64,000 nt of DNA from Octopus sinensis (GCF_006345805.1 NW_021834405.1:5663-69662); one strand, 5' to 3'. Counted from the stretch's first letter, positions 12,993 to 25,768 are shown. Translations and numbers: made by a program. The notes: generated by a model not told the origin, from the letters alone.

Positions 12993-12995
<3 letters not shown>
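12823..12995 (-). repeat. Repeat family D copy (hammerhead-like motif)
   Basis: Reverse complement of 2165-2357; flanked by (TA)n on both sides. Confidence 0.75.
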
Positions 12996-13027
<32 letters not shown>

Positions 13028-13342
13028 GAGAGAGAGAGAGAGAGAGAGATTGATAGATATAGATATATATGTATATGTATATGTATGTATGTATACTATA
13101 TTGTACTGTATTGTATTATATACATATATTGACAGGGATATAGAATGATAGATATAGAGATACTCACAGACGCATACAGACACACAGTCATATACAGATT
13201 TGCCATGTATTTTGTTTATATTTGTTGAGTAAAACTGTTTCAATGTTCAATGCATGAATCAAATGGAAGAGAGGTATGTACAAATCTAAACCTATGTGTT
13301 CCTACACGAATATAAAGATACAGTGAAGGCGATTTATTAAAA

Positions 13343-13373
<31 letters not shown>

Positions 13374-13376
13374 CTA

Positions 13377-13417
<41 letters not shown>

Positions 13418-13571
13418 TATATATATATTAATATAGATATATAATATATATAATAAATATATATTATATATATTTATATACATAATACATATGTATACTA
13501 CTATATATTTTTATACATACATACAGATACTATATACACGCACACACACATACACACACGCGCACACACAT

Positions 13572-13612
<41 letters not shown>

Positions 13613-14009
13613 CATACACATATGAACATTGTATATAATATATTACATATAAAATATACGTATCCTTACATCTGCGTATGTCTGTGATCAGTGTAGCGTG
13701 ATATCTTTATACGATATCAATTGAGATTATTTATATTTTCATTATGTGTCCCGTTAAATCAATATCGACACAATTGTCTAATATATACACATGTAATATT
13801 ATACATTGAGATATAAAGAAGAAAGTAACATATTCAACTTGTAATAGAAAGAAACATGAATCATATTCTCATAGACCTCCCCCACTCTCACTCTCACCGT
13901 CTCCCTTTCTGTCTTTCAATAAAATTATTTTTCATTTACTTTCATTTTCTCATTTCCCGCGAAATGATTTTCTGCCATATACTTACTCGTTCTAGAACAT
14001 TTTAATCTA

Positions 14010-14600
<591 letters not shown>

Positions 14601-15014
14601 GTATCTACTTTTCTCTCTCCCACACATAACATGTATGTGTATTCGCGTGCATATGTATTTTTATTTCGTGTAGATGCAAATAGTTCATACACACAGGCGC
14701 ATAACGCATATTGTCTGTAAGCTTACATGTGTGTTTACACGTGCGTGCGTGTGTGTGAGTGAGTGTGTGTGCGTGTGTGTGTGCTTGCCAATGTGTTTAT
14801 GTGTATTTACTGCATAATTCCGTTCGTGTAATCAAATATGGATACACATAAACGTACACGTCTGTCTGTTTGTATGTCTATCTGTCTATCTATGTATCTA
14901 TCACACACACACATGTGTATAATAGTACTTATAGAATTGGATAGTAAGTTGGTATGGGGAGAAATAGTATTCAAATTGAAGATATTACGGTATCGTAGTT
15001 TTGTGGTATATGAT

Positions 15015-15342
15015 TGATTGATTGATTGATTCTAGTTTCAGCTTATGAGCTGTGGCCATGCTGGGGCACCGCCATTTGGTGTTGCTACTTGGTTTCACTT
15101 CATGGAGGCTTTCTAGCAACTGCTATTTGGTGCATGAGAGAGTTCGATGCAGCTGCCCTCATCTGCCCCTCCTGCCGTGAAGTTGGTTCATCTGGGACAC
15201 CTGACAGGAAGAGATCCAGCTTCATTTTAAAGACATCTGTATCCACCCCATGCAGGTCTCTCAGGTTCTTCGGGAGGATATTGAAGAGCTGTGGGCCTCG
15301 GAAGCCCAGGCTATCACAGAATCTTGTCCTACATCTTGATGT
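15015..15342 (-). mobile_element. CR1-clade LINE 3' fragment
   Basis: Minus-strand translation RTRFCDSLGFRGPQLFNILPKNLRDLHGVDTDVFKMKLDLFLSGVPDEPTSRQEGQMRAAASNSLMHQ resembles a CR1 ORF2 C-terminus; ends in an (AATC)n tail. Confidence 0.82.
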
Positions 15343-15449
15343 TTTATGAACGTAAAATATTCTGGTTTTTGAACACTTATCTTAGACACGCACGCACGAG
15401 TAATAGGCGTCCGCTGTCGGGCCTAACTGTGGCTATACAACATCAATAA

Positions 15450-15870
15450 TCCTTTTTACTGTAGACACAAACCTTTAGGTATTGGAGGCAGGTAGCTAAA
15501 CAATTACATCAACTCAAGTATTCGACCCCGAAATTATGAAAGGCAAAGTTGATATTGGCGGTATTTTAACTCAGAATGCAAAGCCCGAGGAAATACCTAT
15601 TTCTTTACTACCCACAAGGGGCTAAACACAGAGAGGACAAACAAAGACAGACAAACAGATTAAGTTGATTATATCGACCCCAGTGCGTAACTGGTACTTA
15701 TTTAATCGACCCCGAAAGGATGAAAGGCAAAGTCGACCTCGGAGGAATTTGAACTCTGAACGTAACGGCAGACGAAAAACGGCTACGCATTTCGCCCGGT
15801 GTGCTAACGTTTCTGTTAGCTTGCCGCCTTAAGCCCGAGGAAATACCACTAAGCATTTTATCCGGCCACA
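15450..15870 (-). mobile_element. Young SINE-B (15598-15830) nested in an older SINE-B
   Basis: 17-bp TSD AAGCCCGAGGAAATACC at 15581-15597 and 15831-15847; the flanks are degenerate SINE-B. Confidence 0.88.
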
Positions 15871-16091
15871 ATAACAACTATACTAGCTTCAAAAAAGAAA
15901 AAAAAAAGAAAAATAGCATTGACTCAGTCCAGCTGATCAAGAGAGTCTTAGAGCGCCATCTGTTAACAATGACGTCAGACCATTGAATAGAATGCATCGT
16001 AGTTTTTTCTCCGGATCAGTTCACTTGGCGTTCAAATCCTACCAAACTCAATTTTTGTCCTTCATCCCTTCGGGCTATCGACACACACACA

Positions 16092-16134
<43 letters not shown>

Positions 16135-16191
16135 CACGTATGTATAATACCAGTAAAGTACTGGGATCGATTTCTCTCTCCGCATGTGTGT

Positions 16192-16222
<31 letters not shown>

Positions 16223-16601
16223 CGTGCGTGTGTTTGTGTGGGTGTGTGTGTGAAGTGGCTTCGTTGCACTGAGAGAAAGATTAAGGGATTACTCATAGTG
16301 CCACTTTTTCCAGGTAATGGAGAATGTTGAATGATGGGATAGCAAATCCTTCGGATAATACAGTTCGGATAAATTCTTTGGAAATATGATGGTAAGAAAA
16401 GATTTGATCATACGCTTGCCAGCCATATACTAAGTGAACATATACTGAGATTCAAAGCAGCGAAATAATAGAACCTATTCCCATACAGAAGAACACCAAC
16501 GCAAACGAGTTATGACGGAAACTTTTTCTATTAAAAACACGAAATACGAATAGTTGTTTCTTTTTGCCGCAATATGACCGCCATTTCTCAGCCGCTTCAG
16601 C

Positions 16602-16758
<157 letters not shown>

Positions 16759-16965
16759 GACTCATGCTTTATCTATCGACACCTCAGAGAATGAAAGGCG
16801 AAGTACACCCCCGCGAAATTTGAATTCCGAACGAAGAGAAGCAGTTCTATCCAACTCTGTTAATTCGTTACCAACCTAATGCTAATACTGATCATTAGAT
16901 GAAGTCCATGTAAGCGGTGGAAGAGCGCAATGAATTAAATTAACCCTAATATATAAATTGGTATT

Positions 16966-17214
16966 GTGGAGGCGCAATGGCCCAGTGGTTAGGGGCAGTG
17001 GACTCGCGGTCGTAGGATCGCGGTTTCGATTCCCAGGCCGGGCGTTGTGACTGTTTATTGAGCGAAAACACTTAAAAGCCACAACTTTTACTCTTTCTTC
17101 TGTTGGTCTGATCGCTCAGCCAGCGGGGTGGCGTCATTTGAAGGCTAAAACAATGCGAAGCGCATTGTGAACAGCGATGTGTAGCAACATCTGATAGCCT
17201 GGTCGATCACGGTG
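16966..17214 (+). mobile_element. SINE family C, tail type C2, internally deleted
   Basis: A-box TGGCCCAGTGG, B-box GGTTTCGATTCC; 15-bp TSD ATATAAATTGGTATT (16951-16965 / 17215-17229); homologous to 49845-50156. Confidence 0.9.
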
Positions 17215-17513
17215 ATATAAATTGGTATTAGTTCAGTTGGCTTCGGAAGGTTGAAAAGCCACATCGACCTCGGCTTGTTTTGAACTTGAGTAAATGCTGA
17301 AACAGTATTCTTTTTTAACTCTCCTTGTTTGTTTGTTTTTTTTTCCCGGGGCACAGGGTCACTAATGCTGGAATAGGGGAGAGTATGACTGATTAAAAAT
17401 ATTAACTTGTACTTATTTTATCGAGCCCCTCAAGAGGATGAAATACAGAGTCAATTCCGGTAAGATTTGAACTCAAAATAAATGCGATACTTCAGCATAG
17501 TGTTAAACTGTGA

Positions 17514-17680
17514 TCATCATCATCATCGTTTAACGTCCGCTTTCCATGCTAGCATGGGTTGGACGATTTTGACTGAGGGCTGGCAAACCAGATGGCTGCA
17601 CCAGGCTCCAGTCTTGATCTGGCAGAGTTTCTACAGCAGGATGCCCTTCCTAACGCCAACCACTCCGAGAGTGTAGTGAT
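17514..17680 (-). mobile_element. 3' end of another retroposon (SINE/RTE-type) with a (GAT)n tail
   Basis: Minus strand ends AGCATGGAAAGCGGACGTTAAACGATGATGATGAT; single copy in this window. Confidence 0.55.
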
Positions 17681-17948
17681 GATGATGATGTAATCAAATA
17701 TTATCATTACCTTTTCCCTGTGTATAACGCAATTAAGCATTATAATAATTTCCCAGCGTTGATAACACTATTTTTTTTCCTTTAAAGCAACTCTCAAAAA
17801 TTCACCATGCGTCGTAGAGGATGAAGAACGTGTCCTCATGTCATATTTAATCCAAGAGGAGGATTATCTACATAAAACTCACTGCATCTTTGTAATGTAT
17901 AAAGTAAAAGAAAATAAATTGTATCAACATTATTAAACATCTTGGTAA

Positions 17949-18590
17949 GGCGGCGAGTTGGTAGAATTATCAGCGAGCCGGACTAAATGTTTAGCAGCAT
18001 TTCGTCCGTCTTTACGTACTGATTTCAAATTCACCGTGGTCGACTTTGCCTTTTCGGAGTCGATAAAATAAGTACCAGTTGTAACCGTTTGTCCCCTCCC
18101 ACAAATTTGCTGACCTTGTGCCAAAATTTGAAATCATTATTAAACATATTGGTAAGGTGGCGAGCTGGCAGAAACGTTAGCCCGACGGGCGAAATGCTTA
18201 GCGGTATTTCGTCTGAGTTCAAATTCCGCCGTGGTCGACTTTACCTTTCATCCTTTCGGGGTCGATAAAGTACCAGTTTCTCACTGGGGTCGATGTATCG
18301 ACTTAATCCCTTTGTCTGTCTCTGTTTCTCCCCTCTATGTTTAGCCCCTTGTGGGCAATAAAGAAATATACATATTGGTAAGGCGGTGAGCTGGCAGAAT
18401 CTTTATCGCGCCGGACGAAATGTGCTGAGAAAATTCTCAGCACATTCTGAGTTCGGATTCTGCTGAGGTCGATTTTACCTTTCATCATTTCGGGGGTCGA
18501 TGAAATAAATACCAGCTGAGCACAGGGGTCAATGTAATCGACTGTCTCACTCCTCCCAAATTGCTGACCTTGTGCTTACAAAGGAAAAGA
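17949..18590 (+). mobile_element. Three head-to-tail SINE-B copies separated by repeated target sequence
   Basis: Copies at 17949-18134, 18156-18369 and 18382-18590; a (CATTATTAA)ACATHYTGGTAA-like motif occurs four times at the junctions. Confidence 0.88.
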
Positions 18591-18632
18591 ATATTAAACA
18601 TCCTGGTAATGCATGGGAAGGTGTTCTAAAGC

Positions 18633-18890
18633 AGAGGATCTCCAGCATCTTTTGCCTTTGGGCCCCTTTGATTCTTATTTTACACTGGTGGATCCTAATA
18701 AACATTCAATGGTTTTAAGAGTACCCTTATATTTTTATAATTGAATATTATTAGGAACTGTATAATAAAATATGTTGAAATATTTTCTGTATTGGAGAAG
18801 TATAACCAACTTATTGCACATCAGTTTTGGCAGTAAAATTTTATTTGAACCCCAAGGGCCGCATGGACCATGATTGAGATCTATAGCTCT
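18633..18890. mobile_element. Degenerate MITE-like repeat (possibly hAT-derived); inverted homolog at about 20290-20530
   Basis: TGCACATCAGTTTTGGCAGTAAAATTTTATTTGAACCCC resembles the reverse complement of GGGGTCCATATAAGATTTAGTTGTTAAAATTTATGTGCA (about 20315-20352). Confidence 0.4.
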
Positions 18891-19587
18891 AAAGGGTGAA
18901 AAATGGGCCAAGTCAATTCTTGCCAAATTTGAACTCAGAAACATAATATGCGGCATAGGTGTTTTGACGGTGTTCTTGTGGTTCTGACTGACATCCAAGT
19001 TATTACGAACCAACAAATATTGAAGAACAATAAATAGAGAAATAAAACCCGTAATATTTATTATAGAGAAAAGAGATGGAATAGCATAGAGAGAGAAAGA
19101 AAAGGAAAGGAAACGGAGAAGTATATGATGAAATTATTGTATAGTAAAAGTGAAAGACAGATAGGCAGAAAGAGAGAGGGGGGAGAGCAAGGAAGGTAGG
19201 AATAAGGAGAGAAAGGAAGCAACAATCGAATAACTTCATATTCTTTATATATTAACTATGTTGTCTGAAAACAATTATACGCTGTCCAAACAAACGGTCC
19301 TAAGCCAGAAAGAATCTGACGTCGAGCTCTTTGCTCAACTTATACACCAACCTGGCTGTTCCATACGCATACACATTTATACATGAACACAAATAAGCAA
19401 AACATATATATATATACACATGTATATTTATGCGTATAAATACACATAGCACACGTATAAACACTCAATTAGTACACATATATATATGTATATATATGAA
19501 TATACGTACATACATAGTACATACATACATACATACATACATACATACATACATACATACATACATACATACATACATACATACATA

Positions 19588-19911
19588 CACTCGTCTTCAT
19601 TGGCGAAAGATTTTTGCCACTTAGATGACAGCTTCATTAAGAGAACGTCACTACGTTGGAAGACTACACTTCATTACTGCCCACCAGAGCGAGCCGAGCG
19701 GTAACAGGCGGGAAGCGATAGGCAACGAGCAAACAGACAAGAGAGAGAACAACAGCGGGATAACGGGGCATTGAGCTCTCGCTTCCCATCTCTCGCTATC
19801 CACCACACTCTCGCTCTCGCTCTGTGTGCAAAAACCGACATATTTCGTTTGGAATATCTCTCTGCTCGTCCAGCCTTGGTGGAGTTTAGCTAAGCCGTCA
19901 ACGGTGAAGTG
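19588..19911. repeat. GC-richer repeat with CACT...AGTG ends and an internal imperfect palindrome
   Basis: The right end (GTCCAGCCTTGGTG.AGTTTAGCTAAGC.GTCAACGGTGAAGT) recurs at about 20750-20807; CAGAGCGAG / CTCGCTCTG are complementary. Confidence 0.45.
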
Positions 19912-20164
19912 TCATCCACCATTATTATCATTATCATTATTATTATTATTGTTATTTCTCTTATTTTCCATATATCTATTTATTCACATTTCTCTCCCTC
20001 CACCCCGAAAAGAAAATTCAAACGTCAAAATAACGATGGTTTCTCTCTAGAGAAAAGAAAAGTGACTCTTGAGTTGAAATTGCCGTAGCAGGAGCAAGCA
20101 GCAAACAATACAGCAATAGCACATGGGCCATTACTACTGGAGTTTCTGTATCTCATACAAAGGA

Positions 20165-20210
<46 letters not shown>

Positions 20211-20841
20211 TACTACTACTACTACTACTACTACAGAGAATATGATTTGTAATAAGAGTCTAAGGCGTCAAATTTAAAGGAAGGATATAGACTTGGGTCT
20301 AATAACCCTTTTAGGGGTCCATATAAGATTTAGTTGTTAAAATTTATGTGCAAGAAATTGGTCATACTTCTAGAAACCGCAAAAAATTAAAAAAATTTTT
20401 AAACAATTCCAAATAATGTTTAATAATGTATAAAAGGATTTCTGAAATATCAAATGGCTATGAAAGGCCACTCGAGAAAAGTTGGAATCAAAGGGGTCCA
20501 TAGGTAGAAAATGGTTCGGACCCACTGGGATAGACGACAATTATATCGATTTCAATAGACTGGTACTTTATTCTATCGATCTTAGAAGGATGAAAGTCAA
20601 TACTGATATTTGCAAGAATTTAGTAGAGAAAGTGCAGGTGCTAAACACTGTGTGTCTTTGGTTCTACTAATTCTGCTTAATCTTCTACCGCGCTTAATGA
20701 TACTAATAATATTGTCCTTTGAGGGGACATATCCCATAGCGAACTTACTTGGAATATTTTTGCTTGTCCAGCCTTGGTGTAGTTTAGCTAAGCGTCAACG
20801 GTGAAGTATCATTTGCTATAATATTAATAATGATAATAATG

Positions 20842-20895
<54 letters not shown>

Positions 20896-20896
<1 letters not shown>

Positions 20897-21680
20897 GCAA
20901 CAAAAAGCAAGCAACAAAATGAAACCATTGACCATGTGGTCTCCAAGTGCAGTCTTCTAGCGCCTACAGAGTATCTCAACAGGCACGATAGAGCTGCACA
21001 ATATATTCACTGGGTAATCTGTAAAAACCTGGATTTGCCCCATGAAAAAAACTGGTGGGAACACAAACCACCCCCAGTGCTTGAAAATGACCACATCTCA
21101 CTCCTCTGGAACTTCACCATTCAAACTGACAGGAAGATAGATGCAAATAGGCCAGACATCATATTGAAAAACTTCAAACAAAGAACATGCCTCCTCATTG
21201 ATATGACTGTCCCAATCGATATAAACGTATCTGTCAAGACCTACCAAAAACTGAGCAAATATAAAGATCTTGAAATAGAAATCAGCAAAATGTGGAAGCT
21301 GAAGACTAAAACAATACCTGTTGTCATAGGTGCCCTGGGAATGATAGCAAAAGGGGCTGATAGCTACCTAACTCAGATACCAGGAAACCCAAAAATGGCA
21401 GAAGTTCAAAAGATAGTGCTCATGGGAACTGCTCATATCCTACGCAAAATACTCTCTATGTAATCTCAAGGTTTAAAACAAACATAATTTTCGGTTTAAA
21501 AAAAAAAAAAAAACAAAAACCTTTTTTTTTTAGACATTCATTAGTACAACATCCCCACCCCCCAAATATATGGCACACTAGGCATAACAACAACATGAAC
21601 TTCCAACCCTGTTGTCTCTTGAGGTCTCTGGGTGAGACTTGGAGCCAACTTGTACAAATATAAAGCAAAAGTCAAACATA

Positions 21681-21682
<2 letters not shown>
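20896..21682 (+). mobile_element. R4/Dong-clade non-LTR retrotransposon, 5'-truncated; restriction-like endonuclease domain (ORF 20936-21463) and 3' UTR
   Basis: ETIDHVVSKC (end of zinc knuckle), YLNRHD, WEHKP, RPDII...LIDMTVP...KLSKYKDL (PD-(D/E)xK), IPVVIGALG, GTAHILRK; (TAA)n on both sides, as known for Dong. Confidence 0.92.
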
Positions 21683-21711
<29 letters not shown>

Positions 21712-21753
21712 TATTATTATTATTATTACTATTATTATTATTATTATTATTAT

Positions 21754-22198
21754 TGAGTGAGAGAGCAGTTCATGCCATCAAAGTGACACTGGGGTTAAAT
21801 ATACGAAGCCCAATATATCCATCATGACTACCCGTCTGATAAGGGTACATCAGGCACATGCATCACAACCATATGTGCGCGATATGGTGATCTCATATCA
21901 AGATAAACAGCACATGACCTAGCAGGTGGGGCCCAGTTAGAATTTTCTTCAGGTTGAGTAGCCCATCCCGCTCAAAAGGTCCCTGAATAAGGGTTATTTA
22001 AGGATGTTGAAAGAACCACCCATGTTTCCAGAGGTGAATTATTCAAACCCCAAAGAATCCCTCTCAACACATGGCTATGATGTTCCCCCACTACTTCTGC
22101 TCGTGATCAGAGATGCACATATCGTCAGCCACTAAGGGACATGCTCAACTGGTTACGGTCAAACAACTGACAAGCAAATCTGTGGTATTGAGCAGAAT
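21754..22198 (-). mobile_element. Non-coding (TAA)n-bounded repeat family G
   Basis: Reverse complement of 56450-56893; (TTA)n at both ends. Confidence 0.8.
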
Positions 22199-22199
22199 T

Positions 22200-22885
22200 T
22201 ATTATTATTATATTGCCTTTGCACAGCTTGTAATGCTGGAGATGTACTACGGTGTCAGTTGTTCATTATCAGTGAACTAAAGTAACATCCTTTATTTTTC
22301 GAGCACCATCCGGAGTATTCGAGTGGTTCCAAGCAGTGCTGTTTTCTGCAAGTGCGCCACTCTTATTGCAGTCCCTATTTGTTCCATGTACTTCTCAAAT
22401 TTTTACTCTCTGTTCCCAAGGCTCCGACAATTATTGGTACCACTACCACCTTTTTCAGCGACCACAACTGCTTAACCTCCCAAGCTACCTATCGGCTTTT
22501 CTTTCTTCCTTATCGCATTCCTTGTTGCCAGCTGGGAATGCTATATCTATGATCCAGCATTGTTTGCTTTCTTTCTCAATTAAGACTATGTCTGGTTTCC
22601 TATTCTCTACCCCTTGGTCGCACTGAATCATAAAATCCTATAGGATCTTTGCATTATCATTTTCGATGATAACTTCGGGTTTATGTTCGTACCACTTTTT
22701 TGCTCTGTCAAGTCCATACTTGTTGCAAAGTGTCCAATGGACAATCCTTGCCATGTTGTCATGACGACTCTTATATTCTTTCTGGGCTAGTGGCGTACAT
22801 TGACTGGTAATATGCCATACGGTTTCACTATTTTGTCCCCAAATTCTGCAATTATCACTTCCTGATATGTTGTCTATTCTGTATA
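22200..22885 (-). mobile_element. Second, diverged R4/Dong-clade fragment (pseudogene)
   Basis: DNCRIWGQNSETVWHITSQCTPLAQKEYKSRHDNMARIVHWTLC...WYEHKPE, RKPDIVLI, IIVGALG, LLGTTRILR with stops and frameshifts; the 3' end runs into TAA repeats. Confidence 0.88.
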
Positions 22886-23431
22886 TCATCATCATCATCA
22901 TCGTTATCATCATTGTCGTCATCGTCGTCATCGTCGTCGTCGTCGTCGTCGTCATCGTCATCATCATCATCATGTATGTATGTATGTACGTATGTATGTA
23001 TGTATAACAAAGACAAATAAGGGAGTATTAAATAACATACAAGATAAATTCTGCACAAGAAGCATAGTTGTTATCATGCCTCCAGACAATCCGATTGTCT
23101 TTTCCTTAACGGTGTCAATTTTAGGGAGCCCTTGATTCTTGGGATTGCCTCTCCTTCTTACTCTGGGTTAATCCAGTTGTTTTGTCCTTCATTCCCTGAA
23201 GGCGAGGATAATTTCAATAGTTCTATAATTAATATGCTTTTATTTTTAATATGCTTTTATTTGTCTGTTTCCGAAAGCATGCCAGTGGCTCCTTGGAGTT
23301 GTTTCTCCTGGTGCACTTTCGTTTCATACACTGACGATGCCCCAACATGCATGTGTGCTTGTGCATGTATGTATCTTTGTAAGTTTTTGAGTGTCTATGC
23401 GAGTATTGGTGCACTTACATATATAAAGTTA

Positions 23432-23640
23432 ATCCAAACATGAAAACACAAAGAGAAAACACAACAACGCGAGGACGTGGAACAAGTATAGTATTATTGG
23501 ACGCTCAGGAAAGGAAGGAATGAAGGAGGACTTAACGTTTCGAGCGGAGCTCTTCGTCAGAAACATAGGAAAAGGAAAGATCCAGAGAAGGGAAGACGGA
23601 GGAAAAAAATCGCCAACGGTACACACGCGGTACACATGCA
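23432..23640 (-). repeat. Short repeat family F with minimal hammerhead-like motif
   Basis: Homologous to 50435-50640. Minus strand reads GTTT-CTGACGA-A-GAGC-TCC-GCTC-GAAAC-GTT-AAG (23531-23564). Confidence 0.75.
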
Positions 23641-23789
23641 GAAAAATATATTGTTTGATAAAAAAAGAAGTTGATAAAAATATAAATAGACGCGTCGTTT
23701 ACATCACATATAGATATAAATTGGTCGATGTTAAAGATATCTAAGGAAATTCAAATATGAGATACATGAACATTTTTTCAAGAAAGTAA

Positions 23790-23957
23790 AGTGATTGTGT
23801 GATAAGTAGCTTGCTTACCAACCACATGGTTCCGGGTTCATTCTCACTGCGTGGCACCTTGGGCAAGTGTCTTCTACTATAACTTCGGGTCGACCAAAGC
23901 CTTGTGAGTGGATTTGGTAGATGGAAACTGAAAGAAGCCCATCGTATATATGTATGT

Positions 23958-24018
<61 letters not shown>

Positions 24019-24570
24019 CGTATGTGTTTGTGTGTCTGTGTTTCTAACCCCAACATCGCTTGACAACAAATGCTGGTGTGTTTACGTCCCTGTAACTTAG
24101 TGGTTCGACAAAAAGAACCGATAGAATAAGTACTAGGCTTCTAAAGAATAAGTCCTGGGGTCGATTTGCTCGACTAAAGGCGGTGCTCCAGCATGACCAC
24201 AGTCAAATGACTGAAACAAGTAAAAGAGTAAAAGAGTACATCAATATAAAAGTGATTTTATGAAGGCGCGGCTCTGTGGTAAGAAGCTTACTTCCCAACT
24301 ATGTCATCTTGGTTTAGTCTCACTACGGGGCACTTAGAGCAAGTGTCTTCCACTATACCTCCACGCGCACGTACGTGAGGGAGAGCCCCACGATCGCTTG
24401 GCAACCAGTGTTTACGGGTGTCCGCATAACTTAGTGGTTCATCAAAAAGAGACTGATCGAATAAATGTCAAGTTTAAAAATAAGTACTGGAGTCAACTTG
24501 TTTGACTAAACTCTTCAAAGTGCCCTATTATGGCCGCAGTCCCACGACTGAAGCAAAAGATATGGATATA
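23790..24570 (+). mobile_element. Two tandem SINE-A copies (young 23790-24240, older 24262-24570)
   Basis: Head and tail match 26270-26687; central (GT)n in the first copy. Confidence 0.85.
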
Positions 24571-24649
24571 AAATAAAATAGAAACAGAAATAAAAACTAA
24601 AAAAAAAAATGAAAATATTTTCGAGAGACGGAGTAACTTTACCAGTCAA

Positions 24650-24727
24650 GTGATCCGCAGCGGAATTTGAACTCAGAACGCAAAGAACCGGGATAAACAC
24701 CAATAGGAACCCTTTCCTCCAACACAC

Positions 24728-24786
<59 letters not shown>

Positions 24787-25090
24787 ACACACACACGCAC
24801 ACATACAGGCGCACTAATGATTCCTATTTCTTTACTACCCAAAGGGTGTAAACACAGAGGGGACAAACAAGGATAGACAAACGGATTAAGTCGATTATAT
24901 CGACCCCAGTGCGTAACTGGTACTTAATTTATCGACCCCGAAAGGATGAAAGGCAAAGTCGACCTCGGCGGAACTTGAACTCAGAACGTAACGACAGACG
25001 AAATACCGCTAGGCATTTCGCCCAGCGTGCTAATGTTTCTGCCAGCTTGCCCCCTTGGCTCACTAATGATTCCGCCAGTTCGTCGCTCTA
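24650..25090 (-). mobile_element. Young SINE-B (24825-25060) nested in the head of an older SINE-B
   Basis: 13-bp TSD CACTAATGATTCC at 24812-24824 and 25061-25073. Confidence 0.85.
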
Positions 25091-25229
25091 GACTAATTAC
25101 AGTATTATATTTAGTGATCGCTGAAGGAAGAAAAGTGAAACTCATTGACACCGGCTGGAATTGAACTGCGAACGCAAGGAAGAATATATACTGGAAGGCA
25201 TTTCAGCTGACGCTCTAGCACTTCCGCCA

Positions 25230-25287
<58 letters not shown>

Positions 25288-25768
25288 GAAAGTCCTTGGT
25301 GTTCCATACCAAATATTCTATATGTTATTTATTCTAACAATATTGCATTTTTTTTTACTGTATTTATTTCTATTTTTGTTTTTGTCCCTTTATCTTCACA
25401 ACCCTTCAACCTCTTTCTTCTATAGAGTTGCATCCCCTGACTCCTTTCCAAACCAGATGAGACAGCACCGACTCAGATTCTACCAGACCGGTCCACCTAA
25501 TGATATCTAAATTAAGGAGCGGTCGAAGGAAACGGTTTGTGATTCTAAATGACAGACTTCTCAGTGAATCAATCAACTGGTTAATCACCTTAATAGACTA
25601 TCATTCTAATTCGATTATTTAGCTCTCATTTTTATATAATATATACATACATTTTTTTGATTTTCATTTTTCCCCTCTATTTTTAGTGTTTGTGGGTGTG
25701 CATTTTTGTACGCATATTTGTAATTTGCGTTTATGTGGGTATTGTGAGTGCGTGAGTGCGTGTGTGTA

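Noticed and set aside
17928-18609. CRISPR-like repeat-spacer pattern
   Set aside because: The spacers are ~200-bp homologous SINEs and the repeats are degenerate TSDs; eukaryotic context, no cas genes.
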